Positions 37,347 to 47,763 of a stretch of 50,464 nucleotides of DNA are shown here, piece by piece; the stretch's first letter is position 1, and each line of letters starts with the position of its first letter. A model generated the notes under the pieces. It saw only the letters and a list, made by a program, of their open reading frames with translations, did no database searches and was not told the DNA's origin. This DNA comes from Lachnospiraceae bacterium. Lineage in GTDB: Bacteria; Bacillota; Clostridia; Lachnospirales; Lachnospiraceae. The DNA lies in NCBI GenBank assembly GCA_017470735.1, contig JAFUYB010000053.1:1-50464 (forward strand). Direction: 5' to 3'. The position numbers and the translations under genes were made by a program.

Positions 37347-38843
37347 ATGAAAAAGATACACGGACTGTTTGAAGAACTGGATTACCGGATTTTACAGGGC
37401 GGCATCGACGGCGATATTACGGAATTGATCTACGATTCCCGGAAAGCGTGCGAGGGCTGCCTGTTTGTATGTATCAGCGGTGCCAATGTGGACGGGCATT
37501 CTTACGCGTCGGCGGTGGCGGACAATGGCGCGAAGGTGATCGTCGTGGAAAAGCCGGTGGATGTCCGCAGCGATGTGACGGTCGTGCAGGTGACGGATAC
37601 GCGTGAGGCGCTGGCCAAGCTGTCAGCCGCGTATTTCGATCATCCGGCAAAAGAGGTCCGCTGCATCGGGATTACCGGAACCAAAGGCAAGACTACGACG
37701 ACCTACATGGTGCGGTCGATATTGGAGAACGCAGGCTACCATGTCGGACTGATCGGAACGATCGAGACGATCGTCGGTGACGAACATACGCCGGCGCTTA
37801 ACACGACGCCGGAGTCTTACGCGATACAAAAGGATCTGCGCAAGATGGCGGATGCCGGGCAGGATGTCTGCGTGATGGAGGTGTCTTCGCAAGGGCTGAT
37901 GATGCACCGTGTGGACGGGATGACCTTTGAGGTCGGCATTTTTACCAATATCGAGCCGGATCATATCGGACCGAATGAGCACAAGGATTTTGACGACTAT
38001 CTTCACTGCAAGAGCCTGCTGTTTAAAAAGTGCAGGCTGGGTATTTTCAATGCGGATGATGCGCATCTGCGGGAGATCCTTGTGGGACACACCTGCGAGG
38101 TGAAGACCTGCGGTTTCGCGGAAAATGCGGATATCCGTGCCGTTCACAAAAAGTTGCTGACTGAAAACGGGTCGCTTGGCGTTTCCTATGATACAGTCGG
38201 CGATGTGGCGGCTCATTTTGAGGTGCCGCTGCCGGGGACATTTTCCGTGTACAATTCCCTGACGGCGATCGCGATCTGCCATCATTTCGGGGTAGGCGTG
38301 GACGAAATGCAAAAGGCGCTCGACCGTGTCCATGTCAAGGGCAGGATCGAACCGGTCAGGATTTCGGATAAGTTTACATTATTGATCGATTACGCGCACA
38401 ATGCGATGAGCCTGAAAAGCCTGCTGATGACCTTGCGGGACTACGAGCCAACACGGCTGGTCTGCCTGTTCGGCTGCGGCGGCAACCGTTCCAAGCTGCG
38501 GCGGTTTGAGATGGGCGAGGTATCGGGCGAACTGGCGGATTTTACGATCATCACTTCCGACAATCCGCGGTTTGAAGAACCGGCAGCGATCATTGAGGAT
38601 ATTAAGAGCGGGATCAGCAAGACCGATGGTGAATTCATCGCGATAGAAGACCGGAAAGAGGCGATCCGTTACGCGATCGAAAACGCGCAGGACGGCGATG
38701 TGATCGTGCTCGCAGGAAAAGGACATGAGGATTACCAGGAGATCCGCGGGAAAAAGCATCATATGGATGAGCGGGATCTGATCGCTGAGATCGTTGCAGA
38801 GGGCACGCCGTTTATCGGGCGCCTGGAAGGGGCTGATTCGTAA
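37347..38843 (+). CDS. murE: UDP-N-acetylmuramoyl-L-alanyl-D-glutamate--2,6-diaminopimelate ligase
   Basis: GITGTKGKTTT. A DNPR motif (ITSDNPRFE) suggests meso-DAP specificity. AAGGAG RBS. Confidence 0.85.
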   Translation: MKKIHGLFEELDYRILQGGIDGDITELIYDSRKACEGCLFVCISGANVDGHSYASAVADNGAKVIVVEKPVDVRSDVTVVQVTDTREALAKLSAAYFDHPAKEVRCIGITGTKGKTTTTYMVRSILENAGYHVGLIGTIETIVGDEHTPALNTTPESYAIQKDLRKMADAGQDVCVMEVSSQGLMMHRVDGMTFEVGIFTNIEPDHIGPNEHKDFDDYLHCKSLLFKKCRLGIFNADDAHLREILVGHTCEVKTCGFAENADIRAVHKKLLTENGSLGVSYDTVGDVAAHFEVPLPGTFSVYNSLTAIAICHHFGVGVDEMQKALDRVHVKGRIEPVRISDKFTLLIDYAHNAMSLKSLLMTLRDYEPTRLVCLFGCGGNRSKLRRFEMGEVSGELADFTIITSDNPRFEEPAAIIEDIKSGISKTDGEFIAIEDRKEAIRYAIENAQDGDVIVLAGKGHEDYQEIRGKKHHMDERDLIAEIVAEGTPFIGRLEGADS

Positions 38844-38850
38844 AGCCATG

Positions 38851-40923
38851 CAGTACGCGGATATTATTATTGATATCAGTCACGAACGGCTGGACCGGAG
38901 CTTTCAGTACCGGATACCGGAGGAGCTTTGCCCGTCCATCCGTATCGGTTCGGTTGTCGCCGTGCCATTCGGAAATGGCGCACGCAACAGGCAGGGCTTC
39001 GTGGTCGGGCTGTCCGATGAGCCGAAGCTTCCCGAAGAAAAGATTCGCGATATTGTTTCCGTCAATGAGAAAAAGGTGCCGGTTGAGTCGCAGCTGATCG
39101 AGCTGGCGGGATGGATGCGGCAGCATTATGGCGGGACGCTGACGCAGAGTCTGTCAACGGTGCTTCCCGTCAAGAAAAAGGTGCAAAGGCGGAAGATTCA
39201 GCCGCGTGAGCCGGAGGCGGAGAGGGCAGAGGCAGAGAAGCTGCCCCGGAAGTCAGATGGGACAAACGGTTCGTTGGCGTCGGATGATGCCGTGCCGCCG
39301 TTAAATACGGCCCAGCAGAACGCGGCAGATACATTCCAAAAGGACTATGAAAACGGAGTCCGAAAGACCTACCTGCTGTTCGGCGTGACCGGAAGCGGCA
39401 AGACCCGTGTCTATCTGGAAATGATCGGGGCAGTGCTTGCTGCGGGAAGATCCGTGATCGTTCTGATACCGGAAATCGCATTGACCAGACAGAATATCGA
39501 ACGCTTTTCGGAGCGGTTCGGTGATAGGGTGGCTGTCCTGCATTCAAGGCTGTCGGACGGCGAGAGATATGAAGTATATGAACGGGCAAAACGGGGCGAC
39601 ATCCGCATTGTCCTCGGACCGAGGAGTGCGCTGTTTGTGCCGTTTTCTTCGATTGGGCTGATCGTCGTGGATGAGGAGCATGAGACTTCTTACAAGAGCG
39701 AGCAGGTGCCAAAATACCATGCTCGGGAGGTCGCGCTGCAGAGGGCAAAAATGGCGGATGCTTCCGTCGTGCTTGGTTCGGCAACGCCCTCGGTGGACAG
39801 CCTGCTTCGCGTGAAAAATGGCGAATACCAAATGCTGTCTCTGCCCCAACGGGTGAAAGAACGTCCGCTGCCAAAGACGACGATTGTCGATATGAGGGAG
39901 GAATTAAAAGCCGGCAACCGCAGCATGATCTCGTCGCTGCTGCGGGAGAAGATTGCCGGACGGTTAGAACGGCAGGAGCAGGTATTGTTGTTTTTGAACC
40001 GCCGGGGAATGGCGGGCTTTGTCTCCTGCAGGTCGTGCGGTCAGGTCATCAAATGCCCGCACTGTGATGTCAGCCTGCATCAGCACCGGGACGGCATTCT
40101 GCGCTGCCATTATTGTGGCCACAACGAGCCGCAGCCCAAGACCTGCCGGTCGTGCGGGTCAAAATACATCGGAGGCTTTCGCGCGGGGACGCAGAGCATC
40201 GAAAACCTGCTGCAGAAGCTCTATCCCAAGGCGCGGATTTTGCGGATGGACGCGGACAGCACAAAGCACAAGGGCGACCATGACCGGATACTGTCGCAGT
40301 TTGCCGCGCATAAGGCGGATATCCTTTTGGGCACGCAGATGATCGTCAAGGGACACGATTTTTCTGATGTGACGCTGGTCGGCGTGCTGGCAGCGGATCT
40401 GTCGCTGCATGGGGGAGATTATACCGGCGGTGAGCGCACCTTTGATCTGCTTGTCCAGGCAGGCGGAAGGGCAGGACGGGGCGAACGGCAGGGAGAGGTC
40501 ATCGTCCAGACTTACCAGCCTGACCATTACGCGATCACAGCGGCGGCAAAGGCGGATGTGAACGGTTTTGCCGAGAGAGAGCTTGCCTACCGCAGCCTGC
40601 TGCGTTATCCGCCGGTGGCGCATATTTTGCTGGTGCAGATTTTTTCCGGCGATCCGGAGGAAGGGCAGGCTGCCGCGCAGGAGATCCATGCGGTCGTGGC
40701 AGCGGAAAAAGGAAAAAAATTATCCGTAGCAAAACCCACGGCGGGAATGATCGCGAAAATGAAAGACCGCTATCGCTTCGCTGTGTATATCAAGGCAGCA
40801 GAGTACGACGCGCTGGTCGGGGTCAAGGATGTGATCGAGGCGCACACGAAGGAAGAGCCGTTTGCCGGGAGATTCTCCCGCACCCGTGTCTTTTTTGATT
40901 TTGACCCGCTGGGGATGTTTTGA
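38851..40923 (+). CDS. priA: Primosomal protein N' (replication-restart helicase)
   Basis: GVTGSGKT, DEEHE, and the zinc-binding CRSCG...CPHCD...CHYCG...CRSCGS are present. Confidence 0.9.
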   Translation, partial: QYADIIIDISHERLDRSFQYRIPEELCPSIRIGSVVAVPFGNGARNRQGFVVGLSDEPKLPEEKIRDIVSVNEKKVPVESQLIELAGWMRQHYGGTLTQSLSTVLPVKKKVQRRKIQPREPEAERAEAEKLPRKSDGTNGSLASDDAVPPLNTAQQNAADTFQKDYENGVRKTYLLFGVTGSGKTRVYLEMIGAVLAAGRSVIVLIPEIALTRQNIERFSERFGDRVAVLHSRLSDGERYEVYERAKRGDIRIVLGPRSALFVPFSSIGLIVVDEEHETSYKSEQVPKYHAREVALQRAKMADASVVLGSATPSVDSLLRVKNGEYQMLSLPQRVKERPLPKTTIVDMREELKAGNRSMISSLLREKIAGRLERQEQVLLFLNRRGMAGFVSCRSCGQVIKCPHCDVSLHQHRDGILRCHYCGHNEPQPKTCRSCGSKYIGGFRAGTQSIENLLQKLYPKARILRMDADSTKHKGDHDRILSQFAAHKADILLGTQMIVKGHDFSDVTLVGVLAADLSLHGGDYTGGERTFDLLVQAGGRAGRGERQGEVIVQTYQPDHYAITAAAKADVNGFAERELAYRSLLRYPPVAHILLVQIFSGDPEEGQAAAQEIHAVVAAEKGKKLSVAKPTAGMIAKMKDRYRFAVYIKAAEYDALVGVKDVIEAHTKEEPFAGRFSRTRVFFDFDPLGMF

Positions 40924-41040
40924 GTTGGAAAAGTCGGAAAAACTAGCCAAAAAAAGTTGGAAAAGTCGGAAAAACCAGCTGAAAAAAGTTGGAAAAGTCG
41001 GAAAAACAAACGCGAAAAAAGTTGGAAAAGTCGGAAAAAT
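40923..41040. repeat. Four tandem copies (period 32-33 bp) of AGTTGGAAAAGTCGGAAAAAC separated by 7-12 nt variable linkers, directly upstream of the AAA-ATPase gene
   Basis: Copies at 40923, 40955, 40987 and 41020. The last copy abuts a TACAAT -10-like box. Confidence 0.8.
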
Positions 41041-41080
41041 GTGTTACAATCGTTGAAAATACAGGGAAAAGGGAGCTTCG

Positions 41081-42433
41081 ATGATAGAGCGAAAAATCCA
41101 AACCGAGATTCGGCAGTGGCTGGATCGGGGAAAAAAGGCGTTGCTGGTGACAGGGGCGCGACAGATTGGAAAAACATACCTGATTCGTTCTGTGCTGGAA
41201 GACAGCGGATGTGACTACATGGAGTTCAACTTTATCGAAAATCCGGAGCTGATTCCGGCATTTGAAAACGCGAGGAATACGGAGGAACTATTGTTTCGGC
41301 TGGGAGCAGTCACATCACGGCCGCTGCCGGAAAAGGATGCGGTCATTTTTGTCGATGAGGTGCAGGAGTGCAAAGAGTTTGTGACGCGTATCAAATTTCT
41401 GGTGGAAGACGGCAGGTATCGGTATGTTTTGAGCGGGTCGCTTTTGGGAATTGAACTGGCGGATTTGCGTTCCGCACCGGTGGGTTATATGGACATTCTG
41501 GACATGTATCCGGTGGACTTGGAGGAATTTTTTGCCGCGCTCGGACTGTCCGAGGAAGTGTTCGCGTATGTGCGGGAATGTTTCTGGCGGCGCAGGGCAG
41601 TCAGTGAGGAAATCCATGCCCGCTTGATGGATGCTTTTTATCTGTACCTGCTGGTCGGCGGGATGCCGGAGGCAGTGCAGAGTTATCTGGATACCAATCG
41701 GATGAATGCCGTGACAGCCATCCACAGGCAGATCGTCCGTCTCTATTATGCGGATTTTTCAAAGTACGAGAAATCAGAAAAACTGCGTCTGCGTGAAATC
41801 TACGATGCGATTCCGAGCGAGCTTCAGGAGAAGAACAAGCGATTTTACATCAATCACATCGCCGGAAAAGCGGAATATGAGGATGTGAAAAATGATTTCC
41901 TGTGGCTGAAAAACGCGGGAGTGGCGATTCCCGTGTACAATGTGACCGAACCGAAGATACCGCTGAAAATCAGCGAAAAACGAAACCTTTTCAAGCTGTT
42001 TCTGTCGGATGTGGGACTGCTGACAAGCCAATACGAACCGAATGTGCGGATTTCCGTGCTGAACAAAAGTGCGGGAATCAACAACGGCGGGCTGTTTGAA
42101 AATGTGGTGGCACAGGAATTTTTGACGAGGCAGAAGACCATCTATTATTACAACAACAAGAAATCGGGCGAAGTCGATTTCGTGACAGAGCTGGACGGAC
42201 AAGTGCTTCCCATCGAGGTGAAATCGGGAAAAGATTATAAACGGCACAGCGCGCTGACCAATCTGCTGTATCACCAAAATTACGGCATACCGGAAGCCTT
42301 TGTCCTGTGCGATGACAATCTGCGCCAGAAAGAGAAAGTCACCTATCTGCCGATATACATGCTGTTCTGCATCAAAGACACCCAGCTGGAAAATGACAGC
42401 TACCCGATGGATCTGTCAACGGTGCAGCTTTAG
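41081..42433 (+). CDS. AAA-domain ATPase of the DUF4143 type (ATP-binding protein)
   Basis: Walker A GARQIGKT. Walker B IFVDEVQ. A C-terminal DUF4143-like region. Confidence 0.7.
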   Translation: MIERKIQTEIRQWLDRGKKALLVTGARQIGKTYLIRSVLEDSGCDYMEFNFIENPELIPAFENARNTEELLFRLGAVTSRPLPEKDAVIFVDEVQECKEFVTRIKFLVEDGRYRYVLSGSLLGIELADLRSAPVGYMDILDMYPVDLEEFFAALGLSEEVFAYVRECFWRRRAVSEEIHARLMDAFYLYLLVGGMPEAVQSYLDTNRMNAVTAIHRQIVRLYYADFSKYEKSEKLRLREIYDAIPSELQEKNKRFYINHIAGKAEYEDVKNDFLWLKNAGVAIPVYNVTEPKIPLKISEKRNLFKLFLSDVGLLTSQYEPNVRISVLNKSAGINNGGLFENVVAQEFLTRQKTIYYYNNKKSGEVDFVTELDGQVLPIEVKSGKDYKRHSALTNLLYHQNYGIPEAFVLCDDNLRQKEKVTYLPIYMLFCIKDTQLENDSYPMDLSTVQL

Positions 42434-43581
42434 GAGGCCCCCTCTTTTTTGGCAAACATCACTTTCAGACTGTCAATATACGGCGGATAGGCAATGCCGT
42501 ACTCGGTCACGATGGCGGTGATATCTTCGCTGTCCGTCACATCAAAGGCCGGATTGTAGATCTTGACATGCTGCGGTGCCATGCGCTTTTCATACCACAT
42601 TTCCGTGACTTCTTCAGGCTTCCTCTGTTCGATAACGATCGCGTCGCCGTCCGGGGTATTCCGGTCGATCGTCGAGGTGGGCGCGCAGACATAAAAGGGC
42701 ACGCCGTATTTTCTGGCGACAGCGGCGACGACGGAAGTGCCGATCTTGTTGGCGGTATCCCCATTTGCCGCAACCCGGTCGCACCCGACAAAGATTGCCT
42801 GGACCTTGCCCCGGCGCATCAGGGAGGCGGACATATTGTCGCAGAGCAAAGTCGTGTCAATGCCGGCTTCCTGCAGTTCAAACGCGGTCAGCCTTGCGCC
42901 CTGCAGCAGAGGGCGAGTCTCGTCACAGTAGACGGAAATGGTTAATCCCCGCTCCTTTGCGAGATACATCGGCGCCGTCGCCGTGCCGTAGCGGACGGTC
43001 GCGAGCTTTCCGGCGTTGCAGTGCGTCAGAATCCCGTCGCCGTCGTGAATCAGGGTAAGGCCGTGTTCCCCGATGCGGCGGCAGACCTCGATGTCCTCAT
43101 GATAAATGGCCAGCGCTTCTTGTTTCAATGCTTCCAAAACCGCACTTTTCCAGTCGGCTGCATTTGCGTTATGAGTGTCAGCATGGCTGGATTCTGAAGT
43201 GTCAGCGGATGGTGTCTGCATATTCTGCATAGCACGGCGAAACACGCTGTCCATCCGTCCCAGCGCCCACGACAGATTGACCGCCGTAGGACGGGCGGCG
43301 TTTAAATATTCTTTGTGCTTCTGGAATTCTTCTGCGAACGCGTCCGGTTCTGTTTCATTGCTTCTCGCCGAAAGCACATACATCCCAAGTGCCGCCGTCA
43401 CGCCGATCGCCGGCGCGCCCCGCACCTTCAGCAGATAGATCGCTTCGCGCATGTCCTCTGCGCGGGTCAGTGAAAGCAGACGGATCTCGTTTGGCAGAAG
43501 CGTCTGGTCAATGATCACAACAGCGGTATTCTCCTCGTCGAGGCATACCGTGTCAATGTTGTCGATGCTTGTCGGTTTCAT
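42430..43581 (-). CDS. mtnA: S-methyl-5-thioribose-1-phosphate isomerase (eIF-2B alpha/beta/delta family)
   Basis: VRGAPAIGVTAALGMYV...GDTANKIGT. AAAGGAG RBS before the ATG at 43581. An internal low-complexity insertion reads QTPSADTSESSHADTHNANAADW. Confidence 0.75.
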   Translation of the reverse strand: MKPTSIDNIDTVCLDEENTAVVIIDQTLLPNEIRLLSLTRAEDMREAIYLLKVRGAPAIGVTAALGMYVLSARSNETEPDAFAEEFQKHKEYLNAARPTAVNLSWALGRMDSVFRRAMQNMQTPSADTSESSHADTHNANAADWKSAVLEALKQEALAIYHEDIEVCRRIGEHGLTLIHDGDGILTHCNAGKLATVRYGTATAPMYLAKERGLTISVYCDETRPLLQGARLTAFELQEAGIDTTLLCDNMSASLMRRGKVQAIFVGCDRVAANGDTANKIGTSVVAAVARKYGVPFYVCAPTSTIDRNTPDGDAIVIEQRKPEEVTEMWYEKRMAPQHVKIYNPAFDVTDSEDITAIVTEYGIAYPPYIDSLKVMFAKKEGAS

Positions 43582-43938
43582 AAAAGCTCCTTTGTGTTGA
43601 AGAATAATTGCCGGCAATCCACAGGACTGCATTGCCATGTATATTGCCATTACCATAGCATAACTGAAGCGGATTTGCCACATGAATTCCCGGAATTGGC
43701 TCTGATAATAAAATAGTTTTGTAGCTATGTCATCCTTTTTCTGATATAATCAAATGGATGTGCATGGAATGAATGCTGGAAATTATATGGAGGGATCCGG
43801 CGGCATCCCTGTCAGGAAAAGTGGAAAGCAAAAGGAGCCAAGTACTGTCCAACGAATACGAAGTATGAGTTGATGACAGCACTGGCATCCGGCAGTGTAA
43901 GTCAGATAATAAACTGTGGTTATTTTGAGGAGGAGACA

Positions 43939-46900
43939 ATGGCACAGAGGACGGACATCAAAAAAGTACTGATCATCGGGTCGGGGCCGATCGTGATCGG
44001 GCAGGCGTGTGAGTTTGACTATTCCGGGACGCAGGCATGTAAGGCGCTGCGGAGCCTGGGTTATGAGATCGTGCTGGTAAATTCCAATCCGGCGACGATC
44101 ATGACCGATCCCGAAATGGCAGACCGCACATACATCGAGCCGCTGAATGTCAAGCGCGTGACGGCGGTGATCGAAAAGGAGCGTCCGGACGCGCTGCTGC
44201 CGAATCTCGGCGGGCAGTCGGGCTTGAATCTCTGTGCGGAACTTTATAAAGCGGGCGTACTGGAAAAATACGGGGTGCAGGTCATCGGCGTGCAGGCGGA
44301 CGCGATCGAGCGCGGTGAAGACCGTACCGAGTTTAAAAACACGATGGACAAGCTCGGCATTGCGATGGCGAGAAGCAAGGCATGTTACAGTGTGGATGAG
44401 GCGCTTGCCGAGGCGGACGAGCTGGGATACCCGGTGGTTCTGCGTCCCGCATATACGATGGGCGGAGCCGGCGGCGGTCTCGTGTACAACCGCGAAGAGT
44501 TAAAGGTCGTCTGTGAGCGAGGACTGCAGGCATCGCTGATCCATCAGGTATTGGTGGAAGAGTCGATTCTCGGCTGGGAGGAGCTGGAGCTGGAGGTCGT
44601 CCGTGACAAAGACAACAATATGATCACGGTCTGCTTCATTGAGAATGTCGATCCGGTCGGCGTCCATACCGGAGATTCGTTCTGCACGGCACCGATGCTG
44701 ACGATCGATGAAGAGCTGCAAAAGGATTTGCAGGAGCAGGCGTACCGGATCGTCGAGCATATCGGTGTGATCGGCGGGACCAATGTCCAGTTTGCCCACG
44801 ATCCCGTATCGGGGAGGGTCGTCGTCATTGAGATCAATCCGCGTACCTCGCGGTCATCCGCGCTGGCTTCCAAAGCGACCGGATTCCCGATCGCGCTTGT
44901 ATCTGCAAAGCTGGCGGCAGGACTGACGCTTGCCGATATTTCGGACAGCCGGTTCGGGACATTGGACAAATATGTGCCGACGGGCGACTATGTCGTGGTC
45001 AAATTCGCGCGGTGGGCGTTTGAGAAGTTCGAGGGAGTCGAAGACAAGCTCGGGACACAGATGCGCGCGGTGGGTGAAGTCATGAGCATCGGCAGGAGTT
45101 TCAAGGAGGCATTCCAAAAGGCGATCCGCTCCCTCGAAAAGGACCGCTACGGTCTGGGACATGTGAAGCATTTTGCGGACCAGTCCAAAGAGGAGCTGCT
45201 GCGCCAGCTGATCGAAGCATCGAGCGAGCGTTATTTTATTATCTATGAAGCACTGCGCAAGGGCGCTACGGTCGATCAGATCTTTGAGATCACCAAGGTC
45301 AAGCATTACTTCCTGGAGCAGATGAAGGAGCTGGTCGAGGAAGAAGAGGCATTGATCAGAGAATACGGGGCAGATGGTGCGGCCTGCGGCAGTCATGCGG
45401 ACGGTTCTAAGGCGGATGGTGCGGACAAGGCCACGGATCGTTCCGTCGGGCGCGTGCCGGATGAGGCGGCGCTGCGGCAGGCAAAAGAAGATGGTTTCTC
45501 TGACAGATACTTGTCTGAAATCCTGTCCGTCTCAGAGGATGCGGTGCGGCATCAGCGTGAAGAACTGGGCATATTGGAAAGCTGGGATGGCGTGCATGTG
45601 TCGGGTACGCAGGACAGCGCCTATTATTATTCGACCTACTGCGGTAAAGGGGAGAATCCCGTTTCGGACAATAAAAATAAGATCCTGATCCTCGGCGGAG
45701 GGCCGAACCGCATCGGGCAGGGCATCGAGTTTGATTACTGCTGCGTCCATGCGGCGCAGGCACTTAAAAAGCTGGGCTTTGAGACGATTATCATTAACTG
45801 CAATCCGGAGACGGTTTCGACCGATTATGATACCTCGGACAAGCTGTATTTTGAGCCGCTGACGCTGGAGGACGTGCTGCAGATCTACCGGAAGGAAAAT
45901 CCGGTGGGAGTGATCGCGCAGTTTGGCGGGCAGACGCCGCTGAACCTCTCGGCAAAGCTTAAGGAAGAGGGCGTCAACATTTTGGGGACCTCGCCGGAGG
46001 TCATTGACCTGGCGGAGGATCGCGATCTGTTCCGGCAGATGATGGAAAAACTGGACATTCCGATGGCGGAGTCCGGCATGGCGTCGACTGTCGAAGAGGC
46101 AAAGGCCATTGCCGCACGCATCGGCTATCCGGTAATGGTGCGTCCGTCATTCGTGCTTGGCGGGCGGGGCATGGAGGTCGTGCATGATGAGAAGAGCATG
46201 ACCGAATACATGCAGGATGCGATCGGCGTGACGCCGGACCGTCCGATCCTGATCGACCGCTTTTTGCAGAATGCGATGGAATGCGAAGCGGACGCGATTT
46301 CTGACGGGACAGATGCTTTCGTTCCAGCGGTCATGGAGCATATCGAGCTGGCGGGCATCCATTCGGGTGACTCTGCCTGCATTATTCCGTCGAAGCATAT
46401 TTCCGGGGAGCATCTGGCGACGATCCGTGAGTACACGAAAAAGATCGCGGTAGAGATGAATGTGGTCGGACTGATGAACATCCAGTACGCGATCGAGAAC
46501 GATACGATTTACGTATTGGAGGCAAATCCCCGCGCGTCACGGACCGTGCCGCTGGTATCCAAAGTCTGCGGGATCCGCATGGTGCCGCTGGCGACGGAGA
46601 TCATTACGGCGGATATCACAGGGAGAAAGTCGCCGGTCGGGGGGCTGGTAAAGAATGCTTCCAATGGGAACGGCGGTTCCGTTGGCGTGACACAGGCAGA
46701 GGGCGGCGCGAAGCCTTTGTTCTACGGCGTCAAAGAAGCGGTCTTTCCGTTCAATATGTTCCCGGAGGTGGATCCGGTGCTCGGACCGGAGATGCGTTCG
46801 ACCGGAGAAGTGCTCGGCATCGCGGAGACGACCGGAGAGGCATTCTACAAGGCGCAGGAAGCAGCGGGATTTGTTCTGCCGCTGTCGGGCAAGGTGCTGA

Positions 46901-47280
46901 TTTCCTTAAACGCGGCGGACAAAGACCATGCCGTGGAGCTGGCAAAGAGCTTTGTGGACAGCGGTTTTGAGATTCTGGCAACGCACCACACGGCACAGAC
47001 GATCGAAGCAGCAGGGCTTCCGGTGCGCCGTGTCTTGAAAGAATATGAGGGACGCCCCAATGTAGAAGATATCATTACGAATGGCGAGGTGCAGCTGATC
47101 ATCAATTCACCGATCGGCCGGGATGCCGAGCACGACGACGGGTATCTGCGGCGTGCGGCGGTCAAGGCACGCGTGCCATATATCACGACGGTCGCGGAAG
47201 GATTAGCCGCTGCGGAGGGGATCCATGTGGTAAAAGAAAATGGCGCCGGACGGATTCACGCGCTGCAGGAATTGTTCTGA
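43939..47280 (+). CDS. carB: Carbamoyl-phosphate synthase large subunit, stand-alone (no adjacent carA), with low-complexity insertions
   Basis: GGAGGAG RBS. KVLIIGSGPIVIGQACEFDYSGTQA. A duplicated ATP-grasp and a C-terminal MGS-like domain. Confidence 0.9.
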   Translation: MAQRTDIKKVLIIGSGPIVIGQACEFDYSGTQACKALRSLGYEIVLVNSNPATIMTDPEMADRTYIEPLNVKRVTAVIEKERPDALLPNLGGQSGLNLCAELYKAGVLEKYGVQVIGVQADAIERGEDRTEFKNTMDKLGIAMARSKACYSVDEALAEADELGYPVVLRPAYTMGGAGGGLVYNREELKVVCERGLQASLIHQVLVEESILGWEELELEVVRDKDNNMITVCFIENVDPVGVHTGDSFCTAPMLTIDEELQKDLQEQAYRIVEHIGVIGGTNVQFAHDPVSGRVVVIEINPRTSRSSALASKATGFPIALVSAKLAAGLTLADISDSRFGTLDKYVPTGDYVVVKFARWAFEKFEGVEDKLGTQMRAVGEVMSIGRSFKEAFQKAIRSLEKDRYGLGHVKHFADQSKEELLRQLIEASSERYFIIYEALRKGATVDQIFEITKVKHYFLEQMKELVEEEEALIREYGADGAACGSHADGSKADGADKATDRSVGRVPDEAALRQAKEDGFSDRYLSEILSVSEDAVRHQREELGILESWDGVHVSGTQDSAYYYSTYCGKGENPVSDNKNKILILGGGPNRIGQGIEFDYCCVHAAQALKKLGFETIIINCNPETVSTDYDTSDKLYFEPLTLEDVLQIYRKENPVGVIAQFGGQTPLNLSAKLKEEGVNILGTSPEVIDLAEDRDLFRQMMEKLDIPMAESGMASTVEEAKAIAARIGYPVMVRPSFVLGGRGMEVVHDEKSMTEYMQDAIGVTPDRPILIDRFLQNAMECEADAISDGTDAFVPAVMEHIELAGIHSGDSACIIPSKHISGEHLATIREYTKKIAVEMNVVGLMNIQYAIENDTIYVLEANPRASRTVPLVSKVCGIRMVPLATEIITADITGRKSPVGGLVKNASNGNGGSVGVTQAEGGAKPLFYGVKEAVFPFNMFPEVDPVLGPEMRSTGEVLGIAETTGEAFYKAQEAAGFVLPLSGKVLISLNAADKDHAVELAKSFVDSGFEILATHHTAQTIEAAGLPVRRVLKEYEGRPNVEDIITNGEVQLIINSPIGRDAEHDDGYLRRAAVKARVPYITTVAEGLAAAEGIHVVKENGAGRIHALQELF

Positions 47281-47310
47281 TCTGAACGCCGGACGCTGTG
47301 ATCGGGCAGG

Positions 47311-47760
47311 TCAGATGAGTGCCTGAAACAATGCCTCGCACCCCTCGCGGATGTCATCGTAAGCCTGCGCAAAATCCCGCGTGTACCACGGGTCGGACAC
47401 CTCGCGCGGGTGATCGGTGTAGTCGAGCAGCAGATGTAATTTCCCTTCCGGATCGCCAGGCCATATCCGGTTCATGAAATACCGGTTCTCATCATCCATG
47501 CCGACCAGCAGGTCAAATTCACCGTAATCGGACTGACGCATCCGGCGGGCGCGGTGCCCGCCGCCGTCGATGCCGTGTTTTTTCAGCTCTTTATACATCG
47601 GCGGATACATGCCGTTGCCAAGTTCCTCGGCGCTGGTGCCCTTTGATTCGATGTGAAACCGGTCAGAGACGCCCTCGCGCCGGACGATTTCTTTCATAAC
47701 AAATTCCGCGCATGCGGAGCGGCAGATATTGCCGTGGCAGATGAATAATATTTTTGTCAT
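47311..47760 (-). CDS. Low-molecular-weight protein-tyrosine phosphatase
   Basis: P-loop ILFICHGNICRS (CX5R). Confidence 0.8.
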   Translation of the reverse strand: MTKILFICHGNICRSACAEFVMKEIVRREGVSDRFHIESKGTSAEELGNGMYPPMYKELKKHGIDGGGHRARRMRQSDYGEFDLLVGMDDENRYFMNRIWPGDPEGKLHLLLDYTDHPREVSDPWYTRDFAQAYDDIREGCEALFQALI

Positions 47761-47763
47761 AGT

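Noticed and set aside
39170-39874. 234-aa minus-strand ORF within priA
   Set aside because: Antisense and Pro/Arg/Ser-rich. The priA frame is unambiguous.
40923-41040. Possible CRISPR array
   Set aside because: The repeats are ~21-26 bp with only 7-12-nt linkers. That is far too short for spacers, and no cas genes are nearby.
40862-41214. ORFs 40862..41056 and 40957..41214 with KSWKSRKN / KVGKVGK repeats
   Set aside because: Generated by translating the 32-bp tandem DNA repeat. No RBS, and the periodicity equals the DNA repeat.
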